Assembly: GCA_964538375.1 (NCBI GenBank)
Contig: CAZIFQ010000001.1
Span: 35,463 to 99,462 of the forward strand
DNA length: 64,000 bases
Direction: 5' to 3'
DNA from: an uncultured Bacteroidaceae bacterium
GTDB lineage: Bacteria > Bacteroidota > Bacteroidia > Bacteroidales > GCA-2748055
Position 1 is the stretch's first letter; each line of letters opens with the position of its first letter. Under the pieces are notes generated by a model. It saw only the letters and a program-made list of their open reading frames with translations, had not been told where the DNA came from and did not search any database. This document shows positions 1 through 9,794 of this stretch, piece after piece. The translations under genes were made by a program, and so were the position numbers.

Positions 1-921
1 TATATCATCTGCTGTAATTGTTCCATTAAAAATATCTTCTGACAGGATTGTTTCGTCAAGTATCTTAAATGAGTTCACTGCTTCTTCAGTGATTGTAATG
101 GTTCCATCATCAATTATTGTAGCATCTCCGTCAAGACTTACAACCTGTGGTGCATCTGCATCTTTTCCAACCACAATCTGTCCATTAGCCAAGCCTCCTA
201 ATTCAACAATAGCTCCGCCACTTGAAACCATAAGCCGATTATTAACCAACGCTACACCCGAATTCGTTCCACCATTAGCAACAGGCAATACCCCTGCCGA
301 AGCGGGCAGGTTCGTAAGTAGCGACCAGCCTGGTGCTCCTGCTGCTGTATTCATCAACAAAGCACCAGTAACCGGTGAAGGAGGAAGAAGAGTTACCGGA
401 TTAATCCCATTGCCATAAATTAAATTGTAGGATATAATTGAAGATAGCCCGGTTCCTCCGTAGAGTACCTCAACGATATCGGCATTCCAGGTTCCCGAAA
501 TAATGGTACCCAAGGTTGTTATTGAAGTTTGCCCAATATAATCACCATCAATATCAATAATTGGATCTTCTGCTGTTCCCGTGATTAATATCCGATCCAT
601 TGTACCGGTAACACTGTTGACACCAACATTACCTGCAAATAAATTTACCCAGATCGTACCATTAAACATGGTGAGTTTATTGGTTGTTGTATTATAGACG
701 ATCAGGCCTGTAGCAGGAGCTGCAATAGCCGCCCGCTCTCCTGTCATCATTCGAGGCACCAAAAAACCCCTTTCAACTGATTGCAACTCCAAAATAGCTG
801 AAGCATCAGGCGAAATAGAAACCTCACTGATCCCTACTCCCTGAGCAAAAGATTTTTGAGCTCCAAGGGTTATTAGAAGGATCACAATACCCAACAATAT
901 TTTTAATCGAGAGATACGCAT
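1..921 (-). CDS. secreted repeat protein, N-terminal 307 codons (phage-tail-fibre-like surface protein; the 3' end runs off the window)
   Basis: The reverse-strand frame is open from the ATG at 921 to position 1. It is missing from the ORF track because it has no stop inside the window. It translates MRISRLKILLGIVILLITLGAQKSFAQGVGISEVSISPDASAILELQSVERGFLVPRMMTGERAAIAAPATGLIVYNTTTNKLTMFNGTIW..., with a signal peptide and GGTG/NGGTN motifs. The plus-strand ORF 89..418 is its shadow. Confidence 0.6.
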   Translation of the reverse strand, partial: MRISRLKILLGIVILLITLGAQKSFAQGVGISEVSISPDASAILELQSVERGFLVPRMMTGERAAIAAPATGLIVYNTTTNKLTMFNGTIWVNLFAGNVGVNSVTGTMDRILITGTAEDPIIDIDGDYIGQTSITTLGTIISGTWNADIVEVLYGGTGLSSIISYNLIYGNGINPVTLLPPSPVTGALLMNTAAGAPGWSLLTNLPASAGVLPVANGGTNSGVALVNNRLMVSSGGAIVELGGLANGQIVVGKDADAPQVVSLDGDATIIDDGTITITEEAVNSFKILDETILSEDIFNGTITADDI

Positions 922-1337
922 ATATTTTTCAATACTCCATTTTGCAACGAAGGGCCTTTCCAAAGATGTTGTGCAATTTGTATTCATAATATACCTCCTT
1001 AATTTTTTTCTTTTTTTCATCAATACTTAGCCTGAATTTCAGACCGAACAAAACCGAGCTGCATCCTCAACTTACTTTACTAGTACCATCCTTAATGACA
1101 ATGCAATTCTGACCAATAAATATGATGTAAATTGGCAGAACAGATTCCCTTATATTTTTAATCCTTAATATTTCCCTACTACTAAACAGTTTATTTATAT
1201 TTTAGTGAATTAAACTCTAAATATAATTATAGAATTCAAAATTATTAACAAGTCTTTAGAACATTCAAAATTTATACGTAAAAAACAGCCATTAGGTTGC
1301 TTTTAAAAGTAATAAAAATCAATATTTATATGGGATA

Positions 1338-2066
1338 TTAATTGGTGAAAATTGTGCGAAGGATTTCTACTGATTTTATTTCCTTCAAACTCTCCACATG
1401 AAACATGTAAAATTCCAGTAGAGAATCGAGAAATATATTTCTACCCGACTGGTTTACAATTAGCTTGTCGAGTGCTTCATAATTATTTGAAAAACAAGCG
1501 TGCCAGTACTTTCCAAGCTCTTCTTCCCGAGTAAGATCAGTAGTATTTGCCCCATCTGTAAATGTTCCCAATTCCGGGTTAAAATATTTTTTCTTTTCAG
1601 AGTAATTTGCTTGTGGTTCAAAGCCAAGATACCTGGTAAATTGGAATAGAAAAAGAAGATGAAATGAAGCCGATGCACTCTCCATTGTCTCAAAGTAACT
1701 TATGGAGGCCTCTAAAAATTGAAATAAAACTACATTTTGTTCTTCCTCTCTCAGCGTTTTTGATAGAATTTCTGCGATAAACAGTGCCTGTAATCTTTTA
1801 GTGATATCTTGTTGCAGACTATTCATCGGATTGATCATTGAGACTTCCTTAATCCACTGTATATCACGATTTGGCTTGAAATATATATCGAAATTTAGCA
1901 GAAAAAGCGGCTGAAACAAAGAAGCGCGATTATTCTTTTTTGATTTTCTGACTCCCTTCATTATGAAAGATTGCCGCCCCCATTTTTCTGTAAAACATTG
2001 CACAATAATGCTCGATTCCCCATAGCGAATCGTATGTAGTACTATGACCTTGGTTTTTTCGAGCAT
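1338..2066 (-). CDS. recO: DNA repair protein RecO
   Basis: 242 aa. The N-terminus MLEKTKVIVLHTIRYGESSIIVQCFTEKWGRQSFIMKG and the length fit RecO. Confidence 0.85.
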   Translation of the reverse strand: MLEKTKVIVLHTIRYGESSIIVQCFTEKWGRQSFIMKGVRKSKKNNRASLFQPLFLLNFDIYFKPNRDIQWIKEVSMINPMNSLQQDITKRLQALFIAEILSKTLREEEQNVVLFQFLEASISYFETMESASASFHLLFLFQFTRYLGFEPQANYSEKKKYFNPELGTFTDGANTTDLTREEELGKYWHACFSNNYEALDKLIVNQSGRNIFLDSLLEFYMFHVESLKEIKSVEILRTIFTN

Positions 2067-2162
2067 AATAATCTATTCGTGATTTAGCTTACTCAAAGAT
2101 AACAATGATGTAACAGAAGAGAGAATTCCTCTACTGTTTTATCCCTGTAAAAGGTCAATAAA

Positions 2163-4475
2163 CTAGTGGATGAAAAGTATCTTTGTTACATGCGCCGCAT
2201 CGGCCTTCCGGTTAGCCAGGAAAACCATATACACTCCTGTTGCCACTCTTTCTCCATTGAAGTTTGTGCCATCCCAAAGGGCTTGTCCCCCAAATGATTC
2301 GGCTTCGAAAACCAGGTTCCCGCTTATATCCGTGATTTTTACTGTTGTCTCTTCGAGTAGGCCACTTATAGCAATTAAACCATGATAGGTTTCCCTTACC
2401 GGATTTGGGAACACTTTTACATTATCATATTTTTCAGCTCCTTGTGTTGATTCTCCTCTAAAAGAAATGACACCTTTTTCCGTCCCAAAAAAGACTTCTC
2501 CACTTTCTCCGTTCACGCAAATATCAGCTATGCTATTTGAAAGTAGCGGGCTTGTCTCAGCATTAAAACTATGGATTTGTTTTCTTCCGTCTTCTGAAAC
2601 AAGAAATGCACCACTCCCTGCTGTTCCGAGCCACTTTCTGTTAGCGCCGTCCACTTCAATGGCAGTTATCATTTCAGTTTCCAGCAAGGGATCCGCATAG
2701 TCTGTACCATCATCTCTGGGGACTAGTATTTCCCGGGCAAAAATTGATCCGTCTGTGAATAAACTCGACGGACTATAGAAGACTAAAATTCCCTGGCTGG
2801 TTCCCAGCCATATATTCCCATTTTGATCCTCGGCAAATGAGTACACTTCATTTGTGATTACCTTTCCAAACTCATCTACAACATTAACAAGGCGATATAC
2901 ATCATCATCTTCATTATCGATAGTTCCATTGAAATCCATAGCAAATAATCCTTGTCCCTTAGGAATAATTGCCCAGAGATAGCCATCCTGTGTAAGCAGG
3001 ACATCTCCTAATGCAGAATAAGAGCTTAGCAATCCATCGACTTTAAAACTTTTCCAGGAACCATCTTGTTTCATTACCGATATCGGTTCTGAAACCTTTG
3101 TATTCGTCATCCACAGGTTCTTGTTATTATCAAAGGCAAGGCCCCCAATTCTAATAACATTGCTACCGGGAACTGCATTTTGTAATGAACTGTTTGTTTC
3201 ATCATAATCAGCAATTATATTGCCTTCTCTGTACTCAACCAATCCATGGCCCCAGGATCCGGTATACAGGTGAGACGGATCATCAGGATCTACAGCAAGT
3301 GTGACAAAATCATTGTAATCATAACTTACCCTTGATTTCCATAATTGATCCTTATAAGTAAACAATGATCCGGATTTGTATAAATTGCTATAAGTTTTAG
3401 TAACCCCGCCGGATACAGCATACAGAATTCCTCCAGCAGAAGCCATTTTGTATGCAATTAATGAAAACGGTCCGTTTGGTCTGATGACCTCTTCTGATCC
3501 ATTATTTACCTTCACCATTCCACGACCATAGTCAGCAATCCACAGCACACCTTGTTTGTCAATTACCGAAGACCTTGGCCTTCCAATTTCATAACTCATA
3601 ACAAATAGGAAATCATCGCTCATAATCTGAACTCCATTTTTACCTGACAATAAGAGGTAACTTTCTCCAGTCCTTATTTCATTAATCTCCTCTTCTGTAT
3701 ATTGTAAAAATTCATTCCAGGTGCCATCCAAATAATACAATTTATCCTGAATCTCTAAAGGATCATCATATACTGCAAAAATTCTCCCGTTGAAAGCAAC
3801 AACACCACTAAAGGGGCCATCTGAATTTGGTATATCTGTCAATCTCTCCCAGGAATTGAAATCAATCAAAAATGGATTAGCTATTAATGCTCTTAGAATC
3901 CCCTCTTCCGTAGCAGCATAAATATAGGTGTCGTCGGATGAAATCTGGTTGATCCTCAGTGCGTCACCTCCTTCTCCAATATAATAAGTGTCAGTTATTT
4001 CATATTTTTCAATATCGAGAACAACGATCCCAAAGCCACATGATAAATATGCTTTGCCATTTAGAAAATATATGTCATTAATAGTCTTATCACCGGGGAT
4101 TTGTTTTTTTAAGATATCCGGAATATTGATAATGTCATTCCCTTTTAAGATATCTACGTTCGCATTCTCATACGCCAGCAACGCCACTTGATCTTCTTCG
4201 CTCCAACTCATGGCAGAAACAATATTATCAGACAAGCCATCAGTTTTAGAGAGGGTACTCATACTATTATCGGAAAGATGGTAGTAAAATATCCCTCCTG
4301 TGGAAGAACAGATTGCCTTATCATTAGTGACCATTACTGTATTACAGAAATAATAGGGTAAGTGCGTTTGCCATTCCCCAACAGCAATCTGAGCGGTAAT
4401 TGTTCCTGAAATTAGTGTCAGAAATACTAAAGAAAATTTCTTTTTCGCTGCTTGTATCAACAATATCTTCATCAC
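2163..4475 (-). CDS. two-component-regulator-propeller domain protein with T9SS C-terminal sorting domain (PorZ-like)
   Basis: 770 aa with a signal peptide and long beta-propeller-type repeats. The C-terminus VKVFPNPVRETYHGLIAISGLLEETTVKITDISGNLVFE...GVYMVFLANRKADAAHVTKILFIH looks like a type-A T9SS CTD. Size and architecture match PorZ-type proteins. Confidence 0.55.
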   Translation of the reverse strand: MMKILLIQAAKKKFSLVFLTLISGTITAQIAVGEWQTHLPYYFCNTVMVTNDKAICSSTGGIFYYHLSDNSMSTLSKTDGLSDNIVSAMSWSEEDQVALLAYENANVDILKGNDIINIPDILKKQIPGDKTINDIYFLNGKAYLSCGFGIVVLDIEKYEITDTYYIGEGGDALRINQISSDDTYIYAATEEGILRALIANPFLIDFNSWERLTDIPNSDGPFSGVVAFNGRIFAVYDDPLEIQDKLYYLDGTWNEFLQYTEEEINEIRTGESYLLLSGKNGVQIMSDDFLFVMSYEIGRPRSSVIDKQGVLWIADYGRGMVKVNNGSEEVIRPNGPFSLIAYKMASAGGILYAVSGGVTKTYSNLYKSGSLFTYKDQLWKSRVSYDYNDFVTLAVDPDDPSHLYTGSWGHGLVEYREGNIIADYDETNSSLQNAVPGSNVIRIGGLAFDNNKNLWMTNTKVSEPISVMKQDGSWKSFKVDGLLSSYSALGDVLLTQDGYLWAIIPKGQGLFAMDFNGTIDNEDDDVYRLVNVVDEFGKVITNEVYSFAEDQNGNIWLGTSQGILVFYSPSSLFTDGSIFAREILVPRDDGTDYADPLLETEMITAIEVDGANRKWLGTAGSGAFLVSEDGRKQIHSFNAETSPLLSNSIADICVNGESGEVFFGTEKGVISFRGESTQGAEKYDNVKVFPNPVRETYHGLIAISGLLEETTVKITDISGNLVFEAESFGGQALWDGTNFNGERVATGVYMVFLANRKADAAHVTKILFIH

Positions 4476-4517
4476 TTATTAGTACGTAAAATGCGCTAAT
4501 ATATTACTCCTTTGTAA

Positions 4518-5123
4518 TTAAAGCTTCAAATGATTCAGAAAATCCGCAAGTTTTGAAACCGCAATGGCCCTGTGACTTATCCTGTTTTTCTCTTCAAGAT
4601 TCATCTCTGCAAAAGATTGATCATATCCTTTTGGTAAAAATATTGGATCATATCCAAACCCTTTACCCCCGCACGGTTTCTCTGTTATGTTCCCTTCGAT
4701 TATTCCCTCAAAATAATATGATTTACCGTCTAGAATTAGTGCGATAACTGTCCTGAACCTGGCTTTTCTATTGTCTTGTTTTTCTAAAAGTTCCAATACC
4801 TTCCTGATATTTCCCTCTGTGACATTCATATCCTTAAACACAGGAGTTCCAATACGAGAATACCTGGCTGAGAAAACACCTGGTTCGCCCCCAAGCGCAT
4901 CGATTTCAAGACCTGTATCATCAGCAAAGCAATTAAAACCAAAGCCATGGAAAATAAACTCTGCTTTTTGAAACGCATTTTCTTCCAGGGTAAGGTGGTC
5001 CTCAGGTATCTCTTCATATATACCTTTCTCCTCTAATCCTGATATATTGAAATCAGCAGCAAGAATACTCTTTATCTCCTCAAGCTTGTGCCTGTTATTC
5101 GTAGCAAATACAATTTCTTTCAT
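4518..5123 (-). CDS. rdgB: non-canonical purine NTP pyrophosphatase (RdgB/HAM1 family)
   Basis: 201 aa. MKEIVFATNNRHKLEEIKSIL...FADDTGLEIDALGGEPGVFSARY...GFGYDPIF are Ham1 signatures. Confidence 0.85.
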   Translation of the reverse strand: MKEIVFATNNRHKLEEIKSILAADFNISGLEEKGIYEEIPEDHLTLEENAFQKAEFIFHGFGFNCFADDTGLEIDALGGEPGVFSARYSRIGTPVFKDMNVTEGNIRKVLELLEKQDNRKARFRTVIALILDGKSYYFEGIIEGNITEKPCGGKGFGYDPIFLPKGYDQSFAEMNLEEKNRISHRAIAVSKLADFLNHLKL

Positions 5124-5150
5124 AAAAAAAGGCCGTTAATAGAACGGCCT
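5124..5150 (-). terminator. rho-independent terminator after the USP gene
   Basis: Perfect 8-bp stem AGGCCGTT/AACGGCCT (5130-5137 / 5143-5150). On the minus strand it is followed by a run of 7 T (5124-5130). Confidence 0.6.
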
Positions 5151-5173
5151 AATTTACAAAGAAAAAATTCTTT

Positions 5174-6010
5174 TTAACCTCCGCTTGCCCTGAAACCACT
5201 TGAAACTTTAACTTTTCGTGGATTCACACACATTACTGGAATATTAAATTCATTTGACATTATAAATTGCTCAGGTGCACCAAACAGATAATCTGTAAAT
5301 TTTATGTTCCTGGTGGCCATTATCATAATCACGTCAAAATTGTTATCCTTGGCATAATTCACCACCTCCTCTTTAAAACTGGCTTTGCCTTCGGCTGTAA
5401 CAATTTCATATTCTACGTTATGAGTTTTCAGGTAGGACTCAATGTATTTCATGTTTGAAATTAACTTTCTCCTGAACCCTTTATCTTTCGCTTTCCCTTT
5501 TATTATTGTAAATTTCGTATCAAAGCTTCTGGCCATATGGTAAATCCAATTGGCTTTTTCTTTGTTCTCAGACTTGAAATCAATAGGAAGAAGTATTGAT
5601 TCAATCTTATCTTTTTTCGGCTTATCCTGAACAACAAGAAATGGAATTTTTGAAGAGACTACAACTTTAAGGGCTTTACTTCCAAATAACTTTTGAGCCC
5701 CCTTCAAACCATGAGTTCCCATAATAATCATTTCAGCTTTGCGCTCTGTTGCGACTTCTCCAATAGCAACAAATATGCTGCCGGTTTGAACAACAAAGTT
5801 TGGCTTCTGACCATATTCCTTTGCCAGTTTATCGCACGCTTCAGCCATCTGCTTCTCTTTTTCTTCTGCATCTTTACTCTCAGATACAATATGGAGTAAC
5901 AGAATTTCTCTATTCTTTGCTTTTGCATATCTAACAGCATGTACAAAAGCATTCTCAGCAACCGGGGTAAAATCCCAGGGAACAATTATAGGACGCACTA
6001 CATTTTCCAT
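5174..6010 (-). CDS. universal stress protein, tandem UspA domains
   Basis: 278 aa, two USP-like halves (ILLLHIV...IIMGTHGLKG and ...DVIMIMATRN). Confidence 0.8.
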   Translation of the reverse strand: MENVVRPIIVPWDFTPVAENAFVHAVRYAKAKNREILLLHIVSESKDAEEKEKQMAEACDKLAKEYGQKPNFVVQTGSIFVAIGEVATERKAEMIIMGTHGLKGAQKLFGSKALKVVVSSKIPFLVVQDKPKKDKIESILLPIDFKSENKEKANWIYHMARSFDTKFTIIKGKAKDKGFRRKLISNMKYIESYLKTHNVEYEIVTAEGKASFKEEVVNYAKDNNFDVIMIMATRNIKFTDYLFGAPEQFIMSNEFNIPVMCVNPRKVKVSSGFRASGG

Positions 6011-6059
6011 TGGTATTACTTGTTTTAAGTTACTTTTACAGTGTATCGAAATAAATGCT

Positions 6060-6067
6060 TATTTTTG
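6060..6067 (+). promoter_or_regulatory. Bacteroidota -7 promoter motif (TAnnTTTG) upstream of the cyclase gene
   Basis: TATTTTTG lies 44 nt upstream of the ATG at 6111. No clean -33 TTTG was seen. Confidence 0.3.
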
Positions 6068-6110
6068 ATTACATATACCTAATCAAAGGTAACCATCAGG
6101 TTTACAAGTT

Positions 6111-9100
6111 ATGAATTTATTTCTCAAGTCATACAAAATTTATCTTATTTTTTTCCTGATAATTGCTTTGAAAGGCTCCGAGTTACTGGGAAATAAACAA
6201 GATAGTATTCATTACCTGAATCCCAGAATACTAAAATACAACCTTCCAAATAACCATTTACGGACACCAAATACTTCATTTTTTAAATCTAAAAATGGGG
6301 TGTTATACATTGGTAAGGAGAACGGGATTCTTGTACTTGATGGCTCGAGCAACTTTTTTACCGCAATAGAAGGGCCTGTTCATATTGGTTCATCCGGGAA
6401 TGGAATTATACATTACCTGGCCTCAAATGATTTAGGAACAATTGAGTATACACCTCACCAGGGGATACAAATTTCGTCACATATAAATGACATTAATTCG
6501 CATTATGCCCTTTTTATTCCATATAATCTAACGGTTAATGATTCCTTACTCATTTTAGCCACAAGTGCCGGTGTTTTTGTAAACCATGGAGAAGAATATC
6601 AACATTTCTTTTTCAAAAGAAAAGAGTGCAAATTAATTACCACCGACAACAACATCTTTCTTGATTGTGCTAGCGAGGGCTTATTTGTCTGGAAGGACAC
6701 AAGTTTTGTCATTGCTTTAAATTCAACAGAGTTAGATAATAAGAGGGTTACATCTATCTTTGAATCAGATACTCAATTCAAAATAAATACCACCCACGGG
6801 ACCTCCTTTGTAAGTAATAAAGCTTTCGAAAATTTGATTAAGTCAAAAACATGTAGCATAAATGGTAATGATATTTATCAAATGGAAACGCTACCAAATA
6901 GAAACCATCTCGTAAGCACAGAAGGAGATTTAGTTTACATTTTTTCTGATGAAAATGGCTTATTAAACGCCCCTGGTGAATCCGGAGTATTACCAAACAG
7001 TCCAATAAAAAGCACCTACATTGATGAATTTAACGACATATGGTTGTTGTATGCTTTTGAGCTTTACAAATTAGAATACCCGTCTCATATATATTCCCTT
7101 GATCTTCCGAAAGGAGTTGCTGGCAATGTGTTAAATTCTATTGTATCTGGCGAATACATTTACCTGGGAACCCAAAATGGTCTGGTAGTCTTCAGGACCG
7201 TTGAAAATGAAAAATGGGAGTGGACTGCAAGGCAACAAATAAACGATGAGTATATAAATCTGTTTAATGATATTGGAAATACCGTTTTTGCAGGGGGAAA
7301 TGAATCTCTTTATGAAATCATTGGCGACAAACCGATCCGTATTGATAAGGGAAAATTTTCTGGCCTGGCCCCTGAAAGCAAAGATCTCATCTATGCTTGT
7401 AAAGAAGAAGGACTCACCAAGTATTCTAAAGAAAACAACTCCTGGAATTCAACAATTGTTGATCATTCATTATCTTATGTTCTTGATATGAATTGGTTTT
7501 TGGACAGAATATGGCTCATAACTGAGAATAATAAAATTGTTTCCTTCAATACTGTAAATGAGAAATTAACTGAATTTGTCATTCCTGCAGATAAAGCAAA
7601 TCATCTTAAAATTATTAATAACCAACTTTTTTTAATTGGGGAACACAATTTGTGGGTCTGGAATGAAAAGAAACAAGAATTCAATAAACATGAAGATAAA
7701 GACTTGAGCATTACCTTTCTTAATAGTGATATAATTAGTTTAGGGCATGATATTACATGGATAGTAGAGCACCAGGATAAAGATGACTTTAATATCTATA
7801 CATATGATCAGAAAAATGGTTTAATTCCTTTCCATGGAGTTTCTCCAAGCCATGATTTCTATTTCATAAACGGAATAAATCAATCAGAAAATTACCTGTG
7901 GTTAACCGGGGAAGACCAACTACTCAGGGTAAATTTGCATAATTATTCAGATACCTTAAAAAATACTGTCCGCATCGAGAAGGTCTGTAAATACTCTACT
8001 GAAACACAATGTAAAATTATTGAAAACAATGAAGACATTCCTTTCTCAAAAGATATTATAAAATTCTCCCTGGATAATCTTCGTTATCAAAATGATCCTT
8101 TCCCCTATTACAGGTATAGGCTAAATAACTATCAGAACGAGTGGTCTGAATGGAGCCAGGAAAAACAGATTCGCATTTCCGGTCTCAAGGAGAGAAAATA
8201 TACTTTCGAGGCCCAGTCAAGAACAATAAGTGGAGGTGTGTCCAATACTGTTTTTTTTCAGTTTTCTGTAAATCCTCCCTTTTACAGAACCTGGTATGCA
8301 TACCTGATATATGGATTGATCCTGGTTATTTCTGTTTTTCTAATTCTTAAGTGGCGTCTATTAAGCTTACAGCATGTTGAATCAAGAGCTGAAGCTGAAA
8401 TCAAAGACAAAATGGATACACTTATCATTGAAAAAGAAAAGTCCGATAAGCTGGTAAACAATATGTTTCCGAAAGGAACAGCAGAGGAACTGAAAGCAAA
8501 AGGTCGTGCTAAATCTGAGAAATACGAATTGGCTACTGTATTGTTTAGTGACATACAGGGATTTACAAAGATTGCCGAGGAGATGAATCCTGAGATTCTC
8601 ATTGATGAACTGGATAAATTTTTCTTCCATTTTGATTCAGTAGTAGAAAAGCATAATATCGAGAAAATCAAAACCATTGGTGATGCATATATGGCTGCAG
8701 GAGGAATTCCTATAAAAAACAGTACAAATCCGGTAGAAGTTGTGCTTGCTGGCCTGGAAATGCAGCAATATATGAATGATCTGAAGAAAAGTAAAACTGA
8801 TATCTGGGACCTCAGGATAGGTATACATTCAGGTCCTGTAATATCTGGTGTGGTTGGGCATAAGAAACTTTCATATGATATATGGGGAGATACAGTAAAC
8901 ACAGCATCCCGTATGGAGTCTTCCGGCGAAGGAGGGAAGGTGAATATCTCTGGCGTAACCTACTTAATGGTTAAGGATTATTTTCTGTGTGAATACCGGG
9001 GCAAACTACCTGTTAAGTATAAAGGTAACATTGATATGTATTTTGTAACCGGACTGCGACCGGAACTATCAGTAGATCTCCAGGGAATCCCAAACAGAAG

Positions 9101-9695
9101 GTTTTTTCTGAAACTTCAGATACTAAGAATGCGAGATCTTGAAAATAGGGTATTTAATGATCTGTTGGGTGAGTATCCTAGATCTTTCCACTTCCATACC
9201 CGAGACCATATTAAACAGATATACAACCAAACTGAATTATTGTGCAGAGCTGAAAACATTACGGAAGAAGATACCCTGCTGATACTTTCAGCATCTCTGC
9301 TTTTATATGCAGGAATTAATGAATCATATGAGCATTTCGAAAGCAAATCAGTTGTTATTGCGCGAGAGTTGCTCCCGGAAATCTCCTACAGTGAAAAGCA
9401 AATTGATGCTATTTGTAATTTAATCCTTGCCACTAAAACACCCTATAAACCTCAAAACAAACTGGAATCTATTCTTATCGATGCAAAAATGGAATATCTC
9501 GGCAGACCGAATTTCAGCAGGTTGATAAAGCTCCTGTATCTCGAGCTAAAAAGCAATGAGAGAGAGATTCCCATGCAAAAACTTATTAAGGAGCATATTG
9601 CCATCCTAAAGGAATTCAAATACTTCACTGTGGCAGGGCAACGACTGAGAGAAGTATCAGGCGAAGATCAAATCAAGGCACTTGAAAACGGGTAA
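6111..9695 (+). CDS. membrane sensor adenylate cyclase: periplasmic beta-propeller/Y_Y_Y sensor, TM helix, class III cyclase domain, C-terminal HD-like domain
   Basis: 1194 aa. It has an N-terminal hydrophobic anchor, a ~700-aa propeller-like region, the Y_Y_Y-type motif YYRYRLNNYQNEWSEW and the TM helix WYAYLIYGLILVISVFLILKW. Cyclase motifs are ATVLFSDIQGFT, KIKTIGDAYMAAGG and YDIWGDTVNTASRMES. The K...D specificity pair indicates ATP as substrate. Confidence 0.85.
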   Translation: MNLFLKSYKIYLIFFLIIALKGSELLGNKQDSIHYLNPRILKYNLPNNHLRTPNTSFFKSKNGVLYIGKENGILVLDGSSNFFTAIEGPVHIGSSGNGIIHYLASNDLGTIEYTPHQGIQISSHINDINSHYALFIPYNLTVNDSLLILATSAGVFVNHGEEYQHFFFKRKECKLITTDNNIFLDCASEGLFVWKDTSFVIALNSTELDNKRVTSIFESDTQFKINTTHGTSFVSNKAFENLIKSKTCSINGNDIYQMETLPNRNHLVSTEGDLVYIFSDENGLLNAPGESGVLPNSPIKSTYIDEFNDIWLLYAFELYKLEYPSHIYSLDLPKGVAGNVLNSIVSGEYIYLGTQNGLVVFRTVENEKWEWTARQQINDEYINLFNDIGNTVFAGGNESLYEIIGDKPIRIDKGKFSGLAPESKDLIYACKEEGLTKYSKENNSWNSTIVDHSLSYVLDMNWFLDRIWLITENNKIVSFNTVNEKLTEFVIPADKANHLKIINNQLFLIGEHNLWVWNEKKQEFNKHEDKDLSITFLNSDIISLGHDITWIVEHQDKDDFNIYTYDQKNGLIPFHGVSPSHDFYFINGINQSENYLWLTGEDQLLRVNLHNYSDTLKNTVRIEKVCKYSTETQCKIIENNEDIPFSKDIIKFSLDNLRYQNDPFPYYRYRLNNYQNEWSEWSQEKQIRISGLKERKYTFEAQSRTISGGVSNTVFFQFSVNPPFYRTWYAYLIYGLILVISVFLILKWRLLSLQHVESRAEAEIKDKMDTLIIEKEKSDKLVNNMFPKGTAEELKAKGRAKSEKYELATVLFSDIQGFTKIAEEMNPEILIDELDKFFFHFDSVVEKHNIEKIKTIGDAYMAAGGIPIKNSTNPVEVVLAGLEMQQYMNDLKKSKTDIWDLRIGIHSGPVISGVVGHKKLSYDIWGDTVNTASRMESSGEGGKVNISGVTYLMVKDYFLCEYRGKLPVKYKGNIDMYFVTGLRPELSVDLQGIPNRRFFLKLQILRMRDLENRVFNDLLGEYPRSFHFHTRDHIKQIYNQTELLCRAENITEEDTLLILSASLLLYAGINESYEHFESKSVVIARELLPEISYSEKQIDAICNLILATKTPYKPQNKLESILIDAKMEYLGRPNFSRLIKLLYLELKSNEREIPMQKLIKEHIAILKEFKYFTVAGQRLREVSGEDQIKALENG

Positions 9696-9794
9696 TAAGA
9701 TATAAAACATCCTTTTAAAACATCTTTTTCGAATTGTACAGCTATCGGTTTATCATTACTTTTGATTTCTGATAATTATTTAATTAAATCTACT

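Noticed and set aside
89-418. 109-aa plus-strand ORF in the track
   Set aside because: It has a Pro/Ala/Thr-rich low-complexity translation. The opposite strand carries a continuous 307-codon frame with a signal peptide and recognisable motifs, so this is an antisense shadow.
8282-8902. 206-aa minus-strand ORF inside the cyclase gene. Similar long antisense ORFs are at 24114-24653, 38386-38868, 50320-50718 and 56840-57250.
   Set aside because: Each lies entirely inside a much longer ORF on the other strand that has clear family motifs. Their translations are Ser/Phe/Ile-rich nonsense typical of shadow frames.
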